Source: Octopus bimaculoides (Eukaryota). From it: DNA of 64,000 nucleotides. Within the stretch, counting starts at the first letter, position 1; the number at the start of each line of letters is the position of its first letter. The position numbers and the translations under genes were made by a program. Below, one piece after another: positions 13,400 through 26,925 of this stretch. The stretch is taken from NCBI RefSeq assembly GCF_001194135.2, contig NC_068982.1, positions 159,295,729 to 159,359,728 on the forward strand. Reading direction: 5' to 3'. The notes below the pieces were generated by a model, which was not told where the DNA came from, did not search any database, and saw nothing but the letters and a program-made list of their open reading frames with translations.

Positions 13400-14030
13400 A
13401 ATTAGAAAAACAAAATTCATCTCAAAAAGCATTTTTGTCAAGCATAGTAGTCTTGCGCTCCAGTGTTGATAATATTAACTAACATATTAAGTACAACACT
13501 TACATAAACATTGCAAATAGAGCCATCAGTAACTGACTTATAATATATAGATAAAAACTAATAAAGGAAATATATATATTTTCTAAAGAAAGCTGAAATG
13601 AAATTTGTATATAAAAATATACCAGCATCCATAATTGGAGAAACGAAAATTCAGAATGCAAACGTCATGTTTTATTAAGAAATGTATAAGTACCTAAAAT
13701 TGAATAAACCAGAGTGCATCACACAAACGTTAATGAGAAGGTTAGAAAAGATTACCGTCGGCACATTAGATTGCCAAGTAAAACATAACTAAACGCAGAT
13801 ATACAGAAAAATACGCAAAGTAGTACAGCTGTTTACGAGTATTATTATAATATGAGTAATATTATACGGAATCTAATTGAACTTCCACAGCTAGAGATAA
13901 AATAAGAAAAGCAATTGCATTTAAAATAAACCATCCAATTTTTCATAGAAAGTATTATATGCAACAGGAATAAGGAAATGAATGTGCCTTATGCAACTGG
14001 AAAACTGTTATAAAATATCCACTGTAGGAA
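13400..14030 (+). mobile_element. Heavily decayed C-terminal RT region of an R4/Dong-like LINE
   Basis: Across frameshifts: YKYLKL...NEKVRKDYRRHIRL...LNAD...KIRKAIAFKINHP...LMQLENCY, resembling YKYLG..EKIRKEYYRR..LN..HHP..LLQLE. Confidence 0.55.
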
Positions 14031-15008
14031 ATAAAGATATCCACTACATAATGAAATCTAATACACATAACTACAATATGAAAGCTGAGAAGATTGGACT
14101 CCTCTTATTCGTAGGGACCAAAAAATACGAATTTGAAAAATCAGAAAAAGGAAATATAACATCAGGCATTCTGAAATAAGTTTAATACTAAGCTAAAATT
14201 CGGAAATAACTTAGAAGCTTATCTAAAATTGAAATTCTAATGGTTAACGAGTGAGTGAGAAAAAAACATAAACATCCCGCTAACATGTTCACTACCTGCA
14301 GGAGACGTATGAAATATGAAATATTAAAAAAATTGTGAAACTTAAGGTGGGTCAATGATGACCGTCGCAGTCAAAGCTTTCACACGAGAAATCCACAAAA
14401 ACATGTAACAAAGCAGAATATTATTGGTACGGAATAATTCCTCTCTTTTATTCGTCTTAGCCAAAAATAGTGTAAAGATCAAAGTTTTATAGCTTAGTCC
14501 ACTATGTGTAAACTTAGTTATTGGGTGCGGTGTTTCAACTTTTTGCTATTGGAAATTTTTAGGGGCTCACAAAAGAATATAAGTAGGAGGTTGTCTTAGC
14601 TTGTCAGTTTCTTGCTTGTGTTATTTTGGTTGTTTCATTTTTATATTTGTAATGGAGGGATTATTATTCAGGCATGGCATGATGTTGTGGGGAGGAAATT
14701 CGTTTAGCTTGTGCTTTGGTGTTCACAAGAGGATGTGGGCAGGTGTAAATAACGTTAGTCTGTATGTTTCTCTCTAGGCGTTTATTGTTTTATAAGCAAT
14801 TATATGTAAACATTTTAACCTTTGTGTTTGAAGAAGGCAGAGTTTGTGGGCTGTGTTTTTACATAACTGTCACTCAAATCTGGTTACAAGTTTCCATGTA
14901 GCTAAAACACTTGTCGGATAAGAAAAGAGATTACATGACTCATTTCTTCTTGTCATCCATCATTAACTAATGAAACTTTTGATTAATATACAAGTCAACA
15001 ACGGAAGG

Positions 15009-15225
15009 TAGCTAAGTGGCAGAATTATTAGCTGTCCTGTAAAATATTTACTGACATTTCATTTGCCTCTACGTTGTGAGTTCAAGTTCTGCCGAGACTG
15101 GTTTTAGAGGTCATCCTTTCAACGCCAAAGAATTAAGTAAAAGTTGAGCACTGGGATCAGTGTAATTTACTAGTCCTTCCTCTTAAAGTTCAGGTCTTGT
15201 GTCGATAGTCGAAAGGATTATTATC
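15009..15225 (+). mobile_element. Degenerate tRNA-derived SINE, same family as 53382-53610
   Basis: tggcagaattattagc...gagttcaagttctgccgag...catcctttc...ttaagta...gcactggg is colinear with the 53.4-kb copy. Confidence 0.7.
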
Positions 15226-15697
15226 ATTATTTATATTTATATTCATAATGAATTTCCTATACCATAAAGAAACCTGTGTAATATGAAATTAAAATCGTAA
15301 CAAATTTTCCCGTTAACCGAATCCACACACAATGCGCTGCTCGGCCTAAGATATCATAGGAATGAACACATGCGCTTGGGAAGAATCTGCTTTATCAGAT
15401 TTTTGCTTCTAATTACGTCTGAGTGATGACCATTTGGTAAAATATTCTAGTGTATTCTAGTGCCTCAACCTTGACAGTTTGTATATACTCATGTTATTTT
15501 GACGTGTTATTTTATACTTATGTTATTGTTATTTCAGTCCATAAAGATCACTGTGGTATTTACAACATCCCTCCAATAAATCATTAGCACCACAATAAAT
15601 CATCCACAATGATGTTATCGTAATTCAGACGCAATTGCATACAATTTTGTAACTAACTATCAAAGGTGTTTTCGAATTGTATCACGATAGGAGATTG

Positions 15698-15778
15698 TCT
15701 TCTTCTTCTTCTTCTTCTTCTTCTTCTTCTTCTTCTTCTTCTTCTTCTTCTTCTTCTTCTTCTTCTTCTTCTTCTTCT
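15698..15778. repeat. (TCT)n microsatellite
   Basis: Direct reading. Confidence 0.95.
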
Positions 15779-18700
15779 GTTCTAACATTCACCCTTCCCA
15801 CGCCCCTAATTTCTCAATTTTTTTTAATATTTCATATTTTATACGTCTCTTTCAATAATCTTTCGCTTTTATATTCGGGTGGTGATCATGTTGGTGGGCT
15901 GTTTACATTCCATATTCAACCTCTTTGTTCGAGGTTGAATGTGGTAAAACAATTTTAGTAAAGGCTATTTAGTGTGGTTAATGAGATGGTTAATGAGCAT
16001 CGCAATTAGTGAGGCTAGCTTTAATCGATCAGATCTTTTACAAAAGGGGCTCAATCTACGATAATTCTATATTTCTTAATATATTCAATATAACATTATT
16101 AAATGCACTAAGCTTCGTTTTTTTTTACATCCAATATTCTTTGGCTTAATGTAAATTTAGTTGTTATTTCTATCAAAAATAACAATGTTTTAACAGAATT
16201 CATTTTAGCTTGCAGAAGAACATTAGTAAGAATTGTTGTCCTCTTCGACGACCAATTATATATATACACTTGCCTTGATTATCGCTAATAGCTTGTCTAT
16301 TATTTACAACAGATTATTTAAATGAAAACGTCTATCAGTCTTCAGTCTTTTTATGTATAAAGTAGATACGAAGAACAAACAATGTAAAACAACATTTTGT
16401 CTCGACATACTATGATCAATAAATAAATCAAATAGTTTTGTGCTTACAAGCTTTATTTCATATAACTAGTATTACAGAAAACTTTTTTGGTGAGTCTCTT
16501 CAGAGAGATCTTCCTGCTGCATCGGATTTTATTGAATACGTGTTCAAACAATTTGTCCTTCATTCTAATATCGGACGAAAATCGAAAACAGGATTTAGTT
16601 TAGTATACTTTCAATTATTCCAAATGCTTTGTTCAATACTATACATTGCGGTTAACATTAATACTGAAATATTTTCTTTGTTATGATAAACAACTAGTTA
16701 GTTGTAGATCTTTGAATGTGTATCTATAGAAACCGCAGACGACACTAAGTTTGACTTTAAAATTAAGTTTCAAAGGCCTGAAATTCTTTATGAGACTAGT
16801 CTTGACTTGTTACAAGCGACACTGACTACGCCCAGTGTTACTGAAATCTAGGGCGTGACACTTTACTTATAGGGACAATACAATGAGTAGTGATGGTTCA
16901 TTAATGTTCAGGGATAGTGTAGGGTGACATACGCTTGTAATTTTGAGATAACGACACTATTCCAATTGAAATTTGAAGTTTATCTAGTAACACTGTAATA
17001 TGCTTTATTATACTAATCGAAGGTGTGGGTAATACATATCAAACAGGAAAAGAAAAACACTACATGGATTGAGAATGAGATACCTTGGAAAACTAAGACC
17101 AGTGGAAGCCAAAACAAAACATTAATAAACCTAATGTTATACATTTTAAGTGTCCTTAAAATGGAAGAAATATTGATATAGCGAACAATCTGCTATATTA
17201 GGCACGTGCAAAGATGGAGAACGATTGATTACAAGAGATACAAAAACAATCTCATTAAAGTTGTGTAATGATAGGAGACACCACGTTATTCCGTAAATGA
17301 AGTGCAAGAATGTGATCAGACGTAGCGTCACAAATGTTGGCTTCAATATACTCTGTTGAACTGCAAAGACGAGGGATGCACAACTTTTGTTACGTCAAAC
17401 ACAATTTGCAGAACTTTGTGCAGTTATCGACTAATATGGATAGAATGCTTATAATATTGATACATCGGTGAAGACAAGATCAAATATATGATTTCGTAAA
17501 GTGCATTTACGAGCATTGTGTACAGAAATTCAAATTGAAATTTCCTCCATTAGAATCTTTCCGAGTCAACAGAAAGGAGATCATGCACCAATTAGAGCTG
17601 ATTTATAAAGTTTAAGCTTTACGCTACCATGAAGACTGTGGAGATAGTAAAACATCCCATTGTTTGATTTCATTGTGTGTAACATCCCTTTCAATATTGA
17701 GATAAAATAAGTCATTCTTCCAGAATCGAAACTAATCAAACATTTATTTCAGAGTAATCGATAACAATACCCTTTCAAAATTCTGTGCATTTTTTGACAA
17801 TGAGAAAAATCTTCCAGAATATATTACTAAAACGTATCTGTAGAGTCAGTATTATGTATCCCTTGCTTACACAACAGAACTATCTAGTGGTTAATTAATT
17901 TGATTTTGCGATTTTCCTCCGTATAAGCACTATGAATACTTTAGCAAATCAGTATTGGTGCTCGATATTCATTTACAGACATCTATACATATAGACATTT
18001 CAACAAATTCAATCAACAGATTATTTTCGATTTCAGATTTTAGCAATTTCGATAAAACTCACACACCCATGGAAAGGTATGAAAGCAAAGCTCTTATTTT
18101 CAAAGGGAATCAGGCTGATCATACGTTCGGAATATATATTTTCAATGACTAGATATCAAGAAATAAACCTTAGTTACAGGGTGCCCAAAGGGTCCAATAT
18201 GTTTCATTCTAGTTAGGATTGTACAGCAAAATCATAAAATTACACAACAGACACACACACACATACACAAGCACGCACAACCTGCGCGCCGGCGCACATA
18301 AACACCCTCCACACACACGTGATGCAACGAACAAAATATATACCAACAAAAACATGGTTAATTCACAATGGAAATTTTCATTTTAATATTCATAGGAACA
18401 TAAGTAGTAATGCCGGTGCCAACAGTGTTCTATTTCTGAAGTCACTGCAGAGTGGAAAGAAAATATGGTATATGGAGAAAAAAATCAAAATATGATTTTT
18501 AAAAATCCACAATGCACGTGTGTATGTGTTTGCGTATGAGTGTGTGTTTGTGTATTGGGATGTAAATGTATATATTCACACATGTCCATAACGTATTGTG
18601 ATGTATATTGCATATCAGCTCTAAGGACAAAGATAATACGTGTTGCACATATTCATGCATAAATATGTTTTCCTCGCTCGCTCTTGTATATATGTGTATA

Positions 18701-18789
18701 TATATATATATATATAGTAATTGTAAGACAACAAAAGAATGAATGAGACCTCGATATTATGTAAATAGGGAAATTGAAATGTAATATAA

Positions 18790-18985
18790 TATGTGACAAT
18801 TATTTAGATATCTAGCGGGGTCTAAGATGCTTTTCAAGATGAGCCGTCTTTCCATATCACAAAGACTGCACTTTCCACTGCCGTTGGTGTAACGCTTACA
18901 CTTGGCTAAGATCTTCCAATGGATGTTGTAGCTGACACCTTTATCTTTTAAGAACCATATATGATTGGATATATATTTTGTGACG
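18790..18985 (-). mobile_element. Penelope-like element, C-terminal part of the GIY-YIG endonuclease
   Basis: ISNHIWFLKDKGVSYNIHWKILAKCKRYTNGSGKCSLCDMERRLILK matches the PLE signature LSxHIWxLKD....IxWKIL....Y...SKxCxLCxxEK..I. Confidence 0.85.
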
Positions 18986-20116
18986 ATTGTGTTTTCCCTC
19001 GGAAGAAAAATAGTGGATTTCGTTTGGGTATGTAGATTCGAACCTGGATCTATCGAATACCCCAGTAGGTTACAACGGCACTTTCTCAGGGAGTGACAAT
19101 GGATGGCACCAGTTACATTGAACACACGGACTTAACAAGTCGATTTATGCATTTTTCACTTAGCCCTTTTGACATCTTCTATACCAACAAAAGCTGAAAA
19201 TAGATAAGAATCACCTACAAAATTCTTCGCATTATTCTCAGAGACGTGTCGCTTTTCTCACTCTTCTGCGGTAATTATAAGGATGAGTTAGTTGGTGAAA
19301 GCAGTTGGTGAGATGAGTTGACTACGACCTGAGACATCATTTCAATGGCTAATGTCATTTTATCTTCCTCCGCAGCTGGCTAAGTGACAGGCAGTGCGAA
19401 AGTATCATTGTATCTTCCTCCCTCCTCTCTGTCACTCTATCACCCTTTAAGGTTTACTACTACAACCAACGTAAACACAGTACAAGAAGATAAAACGAGT
19501 GACTCGCTTTTGTTTTCACCGGCATATTGGGAATATAAACTCTAATATTTTGTGATGACATGGTATCTCCAACACTGGATGTTCCATCAGCGAGAAGTAC
19601 TTTCAGCGCTAATATTTTGCAAAGGCTGTGTGCCGGGAACACTGGTATATTATAAAAGCTTCGCGCTGTCATCTATGTAAGTTTTGACATTTCTTTCTAA
19701 ATGCATAACTGAAAATATTATGGACTTGTTTGTTATATTTGCTGTTTCCTTTGTCTAACTCTAGCAAAATATATATATACAAAATAAGCAACAGGATATC
19801 AAGAAGTGATTCAGTATGATCATTTCAAGCGACTCCATTTTAACTAAACACTGCAATCATTATAATCATAAATTTTATATTAATGTGACCAACTGATTAA
19901 AATTCTATTTATTTGTGCAGCTGATGATGGCTCTTCATTTAAATTGATGTCTTGATTGCATTGTTCAATTAAATGGAGTCGCTTGAAACGGTCGTACTGC
20001 ATCACATTTTAATATCTTGTTGCTTCTTTTGATTTTATTCACCTTACTTCGATCTGTGCGGATAATACTGGACTGACTTTGTGCTTCTACTTAAATATCA
20101 AATTCAACTGAATCTC

Positions 20117-20159
<43 letters not shown>

Positions 20160-22180
20160 ACAGGATGAGATACAAAAAATCCAACGCTGCGAATATAAAG
20201 AGGTCTTACAGCTGTCTCCGGGTGTTTTATATATTCCTTCATCATAGACGGTGCGAGAATATGTTTAAGTAGTAGTTATTATAGAAAAGATATGAAATAC
20301 AGAGTGAAGTGGAGGAATGAAATCTGACGTGAGATGCGTAAGGACACAGTATTGGCGGTTCAATTATTTAAGCAGAATGGTGTATATGTAAGGTTCCTGT
20401 ACCTTATGTGTGTGTTCCAATGTCGTTTATAATTGGTCACTCCAAGCATACAGTCTTGTAAACGGTTTTATTCTATCGAGGGTTTCTTTGTTTGCTTAAA
20501 TCATGGAACTGCAAACACAATATCTTTACGTATCTTACGTGTCTGCCTGTCTGTCTGTCTATTTATTTATCTATCTATCCTTTCCCCATCCTTTATTGTC
20601 TTTTTCTCCTCTTTCTCGATTATCCTGAAACATCTCTCCCTCTCTGTTTGCTCCGCCTCTCTACTTTTCTTTCGTTCTCTCCCCCTTTTCCCAAAAACAA
20701 ATCAATATTCTCCTCTTAGAAACGAAGCAAAAAACCGTGCGATTAATAAATGAACAACGAAACATTCTGTTTTTAACATTTGATTTTGATTTTGTCTTGA
20801 CGAGTTCGAAAAAGTAACGGAAGTGCTAATAAAGGATTATCCAAATTTATTACTGCCTCCTTACTTCAATATTCAACAGCTGTACACCACTCCAAATACT
20901 CCATATATATATATATACTTACACATACATGCATGTGTATACATGTGTATGTATATACTTACATATACATACATGTGTATTCATGTGTATGCATATATAT
21001 ATATATATATAAAAGATGGTGTGAACTAGAAATATTAGCTTAATGATTTTCAATACCAACTGTTATGCGTATACGTGCATGAAGAAGAAAATATTTCTCT
21101 CACATGTGGCTATTCATTCATCTGAACACGCTGACAACCAATACATAATGCACTTTCTGCTATTCAATTTTGCAGGAATAGAAATACCACACATTTATAC
21201 TGAGAAATGCTGGCAATTAGCCAGAGAACGGTGGTGGACAAATATATTGATGGTTGACACGCAGCATTGTGGTCAGCAAATATCTCTACAGCACTTATTA
21301 CTCTAAAATACATGTAAATATTAATGCCATATGAGGAACGCTTGCAACAATTACTCGGTGTTATGGTTGATTTGGCATATGAGACCTGGTCGATCATATA
21401 TTATGAGAGACATTCCATCGGTGACTACGCCATCTTTTTAGGATCAGGTAGGATTTAATTATCTAATATGACACTATCCTCGTTGTCTAATATAAGTGGA
21501 CATCGTGTGATTTAAAGGGATTTGACTAGAGATTTCAGTAATATGAAATACCAAAGACAGTCTGGTAATTATGGACAGAATAAAATTGAAATTAGTTGCA
21601 AAAATGCGGCGTAATTTGATCTTTATTTTTCAATTTCAGTTTTTAGAACAATATTCCGTTTTGAGTTTTCACTTAAAATCTCAACTATAAATTTAATCCT
21701 GCCATCATAAGCCAGCGATCGCTTATATACACTATTGCTCGACCTGATATCAATAGCTGCGATGTCTTTTTAAAGTCCCAATGTTTAATATTAAGATGGA
21801 GAAATATGATGAATAATGTTGTCCTGAATGATATCTGAAGTATAATACGTACATGATAGTCATAGTTTAAATGCTTTTCATCCACGTTTGGTTAATGAGG
21901 GCTGTCAGAGAGTTAGTCACAACAATTTCACTTATGATGATTCGACAAATTTATTAATCGAATTGATCGGTGAAACATAACGATGAACAGAGTACAAAAG
22001 AAACAGAAAATGAGGCAGGACCAAGAATAATGTTGTTTAAAAGACTGAAATAAATGTCTATATTATATAGAGTCGGAACAATTATTATGCAGTAAAGTCC
22101 CACATATATATGATTTTTAACTATTCAAGTAAACATAAATTACTCCAATAATATAAAATGCACTTAAGAAACGAAATCTA

Positions 22181-22350
22181 TAAAGATATAAACACATTTA
22201 TTTTATAATATCCTTGAGTTTGGATATAGACTACGCTGTAACTGTGTTATAACACTACAAAAACTAAATCAGTAACAAACACGTAACAAAATTATTTCGC
22301 TTCTCAACGACTTCTGCGACTGCCTTCACAAATGCAACTGCACATACCAC
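22181..22350 (+). repeat. 170-bp direct repeat, copy 1
   Basis: Identical by eye to 23960-24129. Confidence 0.95.
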
Positions 22351-22767
22351 ACTATATATGTAGATAATAGTGAATATTGTTTTAAAAGCTGGTAGTAACG
22401 GTCGTATTTTGGTTTTTGAGATTTCCTGAAAGAAACGTACTCCAATTTGTAGGCGTGTGGTAACATTAAGCGTGATCAATATGCAGAGAAACAGAAGGAA
22501 TGCGTAACAACTATAGAGATTACAGAAAATAGGTCAGAAAATCGTTACGCATATATCCTGCAAAACAGGGAAGGGTCTCACATATCAAAATAGAAAAGTT
22601 GAAAATCTTACCAACTCAGGCTACAAATCTTTACATGACAAACATTATCAATCTAAAACAATGAAAAATAATTGATTGTGGTTCCTGATAAAATTGAAAG
22701 CTTCTGCTCATTTTTCGCTTTAGTAATACGTGCACTCAGTCAACTCAGGTACAAATGAGTTATACTT

Positions 22768-22945
22768 ATAATTCAAAGGTCCAGTATCGTCACAGTTTGT
22801 ATCACACTGAATCTATCAGGGAACTACGTTAAGGATATGCTTGTCTGTGGAGTGCTCAACCACTTGCGCATTCATTTCACGAGCAGGCTCTTCCGTTGAT
22901 CGGATAAACTGGAACTCTCGTCGTCGTAACCGATGGAGTGCCAGT
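22768..22945 (+). mobile_element. 5'-truncated SINE (3' half of the family at 46626-47011)
   Basis: aattcaaagg...aactacgttaagg...gtggagtgctca...tttcacgagcaggct...ccgttgatcgga...ggagtgcca is colinear with 46830-47002. Confidence 0.85.
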
Positions 22946-23796
22946 TAATACATGTATAAATAAATATGCCTTTTTTTACAGCTATATGTGGATATCTTTC
23001 ACAAGGATTTCAGTTAACTTACTATATGACCCGCAAATCAACCGTCTACATTTATGAAGTCAATTTTTTCGCGGTTTTGATTTTAAGAACTTAGGAGTTT
23101 ATAAGTATAGAAGGATATCAGGAGATACCCTTAAGCTAACCTATAGTCATCGAGTGATAGACATCATCTGGGCAACGTTAATATTTGTAACAGTTGCGTC
23201 ACTCCACTTCCTTTTGTAAAATCACGGCTGAGTAATCAAAGAAACTGCTCATGATAATAAATAGTGATATTTTGACTCAAATCATGCTAGAATTTCTTCC
23301 GAGACATCATCAAATTAGTTAGAGTTTCCATGAATTTGAATATTTCGTTTCAAAAATGTTTATGATTCTCCCCTTTTGAGTTTCAGAAGCAATTTTCGCC
23401 TACACTGCATTTAAGTAATCCTTAACAATGCATAAAACATTGGCACCATTATGAGCTAGTAACGGATGCTATTACGCTGACCATATTAAAATTGTTAGAA
23501 CGTCTCTACATCTATCAAAAAAATCACTGTCATGGAACAAAGGTATATGTATGTACGTGTGCGTGTATGTGTGCGTGCATGTGTGTGCTTGCGCGTGCAC
23601 GCGTGCGTGCGTCTATATATTGTGAATCTCCTAGATGGTTGCTTTTATTTGCTGTCGAGGGCAGAATATTGCAATTCAAGTATCTTTAATTTGAAAGATG
23701 AAATAAAAATAGGTGTTAATTTATGTAATCTCAGTGTTCATAATATGCATAGTTACATACACACATACAAACATGCATACATATATACGCACCCCA

Positions 23797-23844
<48 letters not shown>

Positions 23845-23959
23845 ATATGTATATGTATATTTGTTTTGTTTAGTATTGCGTGCAAAATATATTGGAAACG
23901 TATAAATATAATTAAAGAAGTATGTGCATATATTGAAAACTAAAGATATGTTCAAACAT

Positions 23960-24129
23960 TAAAGATATAAACACATTTATTTTATAATATCCTTGAGTTT
24001 GGATATAGACTACGCTGTAACTGTGTTATAACACTACAAAAACTAAATCAGTAACAAACACGTAACAAAATTATTTCGCTTCTCAACGACTTCTGCGACT
24101 GCCTTCACAAATGCAACTGCACATACCAC
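23960..24129 (+). repeat. 170-bp direct repeat, copy 2
   Basis: Identical by eye to 22181-22350. Confidence 0.95.
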
Positions 24130-24544
24130 GTGCCTTTATACGGTTTAAGGCAGTTCGCTTACTATCCCACAGGGGTGCCAGGATTTCATCACAACATCTC
24201 CCCTTTTTAAGGTTGACTTACCTTGGAAGTCAATATTTTTCTTTTAGGTATTATATATTTAATAGCACCTATTCCCCCATTTTTTGCTACTTAATTCATC
24301 GAGAAGAAATTGGAATATTGTTTTCGTTTTCTCTCTACTTGCAAAATTTCTGTTTGTCTTCTTTTCATAGTCGATGTACTCGTTGGTTCGACAATTCCTT
24401 AAACTACCGAGACGCCAAAAATCTCATAAAAAGATTCCATTGGTTCTTCATGTCTTATACATTCTTTCGTAAACCGTTTTTTTCAGTTGGTTTAAATATC
24501 CTTTGTGTCCCCACGTATGACCTATTTTGTGTTTGTGTGTGTGA

Positions 24545-24576
<32 letters not shown>

Positions 24577-25635
24577 CCGTGCTGCGTATTTTCCTTGTGG
24601 ATTCGAAAACTGAGTTGCCGATTTTGAGGTTTGCGGTATCAAAAGATTCAGTAATCTTTCGGCTACTAAATAAAGTATGTGTTTTGCACAGCAACTCACT
24701 TTTAGTACAACAGTAGCTTTGAAAATAAAGTCGAGTCTCATAATTTTGAGACTATTTTTGGACATTATCTGGATTTGCTTCTTATCTACGTGGCGAATTT
24801 CAATGTTTTGGGTTTCAAAAAATGCAGCAATATACAAGGAATGATTTGAGTGCATTTGCAATGTACAAAACCCTATTTGACAACGAACATGACCAAAAAC
24901 TATGCTTTGTTGAACAATTTTGGGCACATTTTCCGTCAATAATGGCCTTTATGATACAGCAAACCGACAATGTGAACGTCTTCAGTGTTCCCTGATTAAA
25001 CAATTTCTTTGAAGTATTGTGATACTATTTCTTTGTAAAAAGCCCTATTTTTCAACAGAAAATTAATTGAGTACTGAACCGTGTTCTGGCATAATTGTGA
25101 TCGCTTCTAGCATTAATACAGAAATTAATTTGTCCATGTAGATTTTCTTTGTAGCAAATGAATCAGTAGTGCCAAGGGAACATTCTCATCTTTAAATTCA
25201 GTAAAATTTCGTAACGTATAAGGTATAGTAAGAGACTATATTCGTTCAGGTGTGCTAAAGATTTGAAGCATTGACTAAGATATTTCGAGCTTTTTTGCCT
25301 TTAAGGTTTTTCTGTTCATTCAACTCAATTTATGCAATGTTGCTTTTGGTGATTAGTATATATTCATATCTATTATTCACTCCACACGCTACAAAGTCCA
25401 TAGAGATTTTTCTACAATCTCTCTATTTTTCACAGTGAGTCAAGACAACACATTTGCGCATCTATGCGAGAGCAAACTAAGGTCACATGCACACATGAGG
25501 CCACCCACGGTACGTGATCCGTCACTGGTCGGGATGCACACCGCGTCCATTGATTGGTACTATTTCAAATCAATTTTTCTTTATCAGAGACACGTACTGC
25601 AATATCAGTTGGTCGTGGTATTATTGTTATCAATG

Positions 25636-25770
25636 CCCCGGGCAACGCCGCATTGCGTTCTGTGTGGTGCATACGTTCCACTTGAAATCGAAAGATGTAT
25701 ATATATATATATATATAATACAATATAGCTGTAGTTAATAACACCGGGCAATGCCGGGCTTAATTGCTAG
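25636..25770 (+). mobile_element. Probable Helitron 3' terminus
   Basis: GC-rich hairpin ccgggcaatgccggg (25744-25758) followed 8 nt later by CTAG|T. A second ccccgggcaacgccg copy lies at 25636. 5' end not located. Confidence 0.5.
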
Positions 25771-25799
25771 TGTATATGTGTATATATGTATATTTATCT

Positions 25800-25808
25800 A
25801 TGTATCTA

Positions 25809-25859
<51 letters not shown>

Positions 25860-26094
25860 NNNNNNNNNNNNNNNNNNNNNNNNNNNNNNNNNNNNNNNNN
25901 NNNNNNNNNNNNNNNNNNNNNNNNNNNNNNNNNNNNNNNNNNNNNNNNNNNNNNNNNNNNNNNNNNNNNNNNNNNNNNNNNNNNNNNNNNNNNNNNNNNN
26001 NNNNNNNNNNNNNNNNNNNNNNNNNNNNNNNNNNNNNNNNNNNNNNNNNNNNNNNNNNNNNNNNNNNNNNNNNNNNNNNNNNNNNNNNNNNNNN

Positions 26095-26127
<33 letters not shown>

Positions 26128-26160
26128 GTGTGTGTGCATGTGTGTATACATACATATGTA
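25800..26160. repeat. (TC)n ... (TA)n microsatellites around N-gap 25860-26094
   Basis: Direct reading. Confidence 0.95.
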
Positions 26161-26550
26161 AAATAGAAGTTCAATTCGACTGTTGTGTAAACTTTTGTAT
26201 ATTATATGCATACCGAGTCTATTGAATATATTATCTAGGTAAAGACAATATGACTCGAAATCTTAATGCAATCGAAATTGTAGAATATGGTACTCAACAG
26301 CGAATGTAGAAGACATATTACTGACGTTGATCAAAATATACTGGAAACTTTAAATATATTTGTAATCCTACGAGTGTCGTTGGAAATGTTCATTGGCTGA
26401 CTACAGAGAAATAATGATAAAGCTGTGTTATCTTGCATGCAATAATCTCAGCTCTATCAACTAATAACTGTTTTATTTCTTTCCAGAGAAAATGACAAGT
26501 TATTGCTGAAAGAAGACTTCAAATCTAACCACTGGCGACGTAACCTGATA

Positions 26551-26925
26551 ATGGGCAAAATTTGACATCATATACCTGCAGATAAAAGGTCTAAGTCCGC
26601 AAGGGCATTCATCCCGACTTGATTAATACATTACGGGATGACACCTCATCTTTAGTAACAGTGCAAAAACTTGGGAGCTGAATGTATGTTGGGAACGAAG
26701 GAAACTTAAAATGACCCAATGTCAGAACATCCTGCAACTGCCTCCACCGAAGAAAAAATTGTAATCGCGTGGTAATAAACACATGTGTCATAAGAATATA
26801 TCCCACGAGAGAGTTGCGAATATGCTGGACAATGAGTTCTCATTGGGAAGGTTTGTTATCGGTGTGTGCCGCGTGTTCTCACACCGGATCAAAAATGTAC
26901 CAGATTGATCACATAATGGTAAAAT
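26551..26925 (+). mobile_element. Mariner transposase relic, N-terminal HTH region
   Basis: MGKI*...IIYLQIKGLSP..IHPDLINTLRDDTSSLVTVQK..DPMSEHPATASTEEKI...ISHERVANMLDNEF...(W)VPRVLTPDQKCTRL, ending at the mariner WVPR motif. Confidence 0.85.

Noticed and set aside
21177-21306. Plus-strand acceptor followed by GIEIPHIYTEKCWQLARERWW...
   Set aside because: No donor and no recognisable homology.
24111-24939. Longest ORFs (201 aa +, 163 aa -)
   Set aside because: Both run through a (TG)n repeat and show no recognisable domain. The strong donor-like sites at 24221 and 24699 could not be tied to a convincing exon.
26477-26556. Apparent plus-strand exon ENDKLLLKEDFKSNHWRRNLIMGKI after tttctttccag
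   Set aside because: It leads directly into the mariner start codon at 26551, so it is better explained as transposon 5' sequence.
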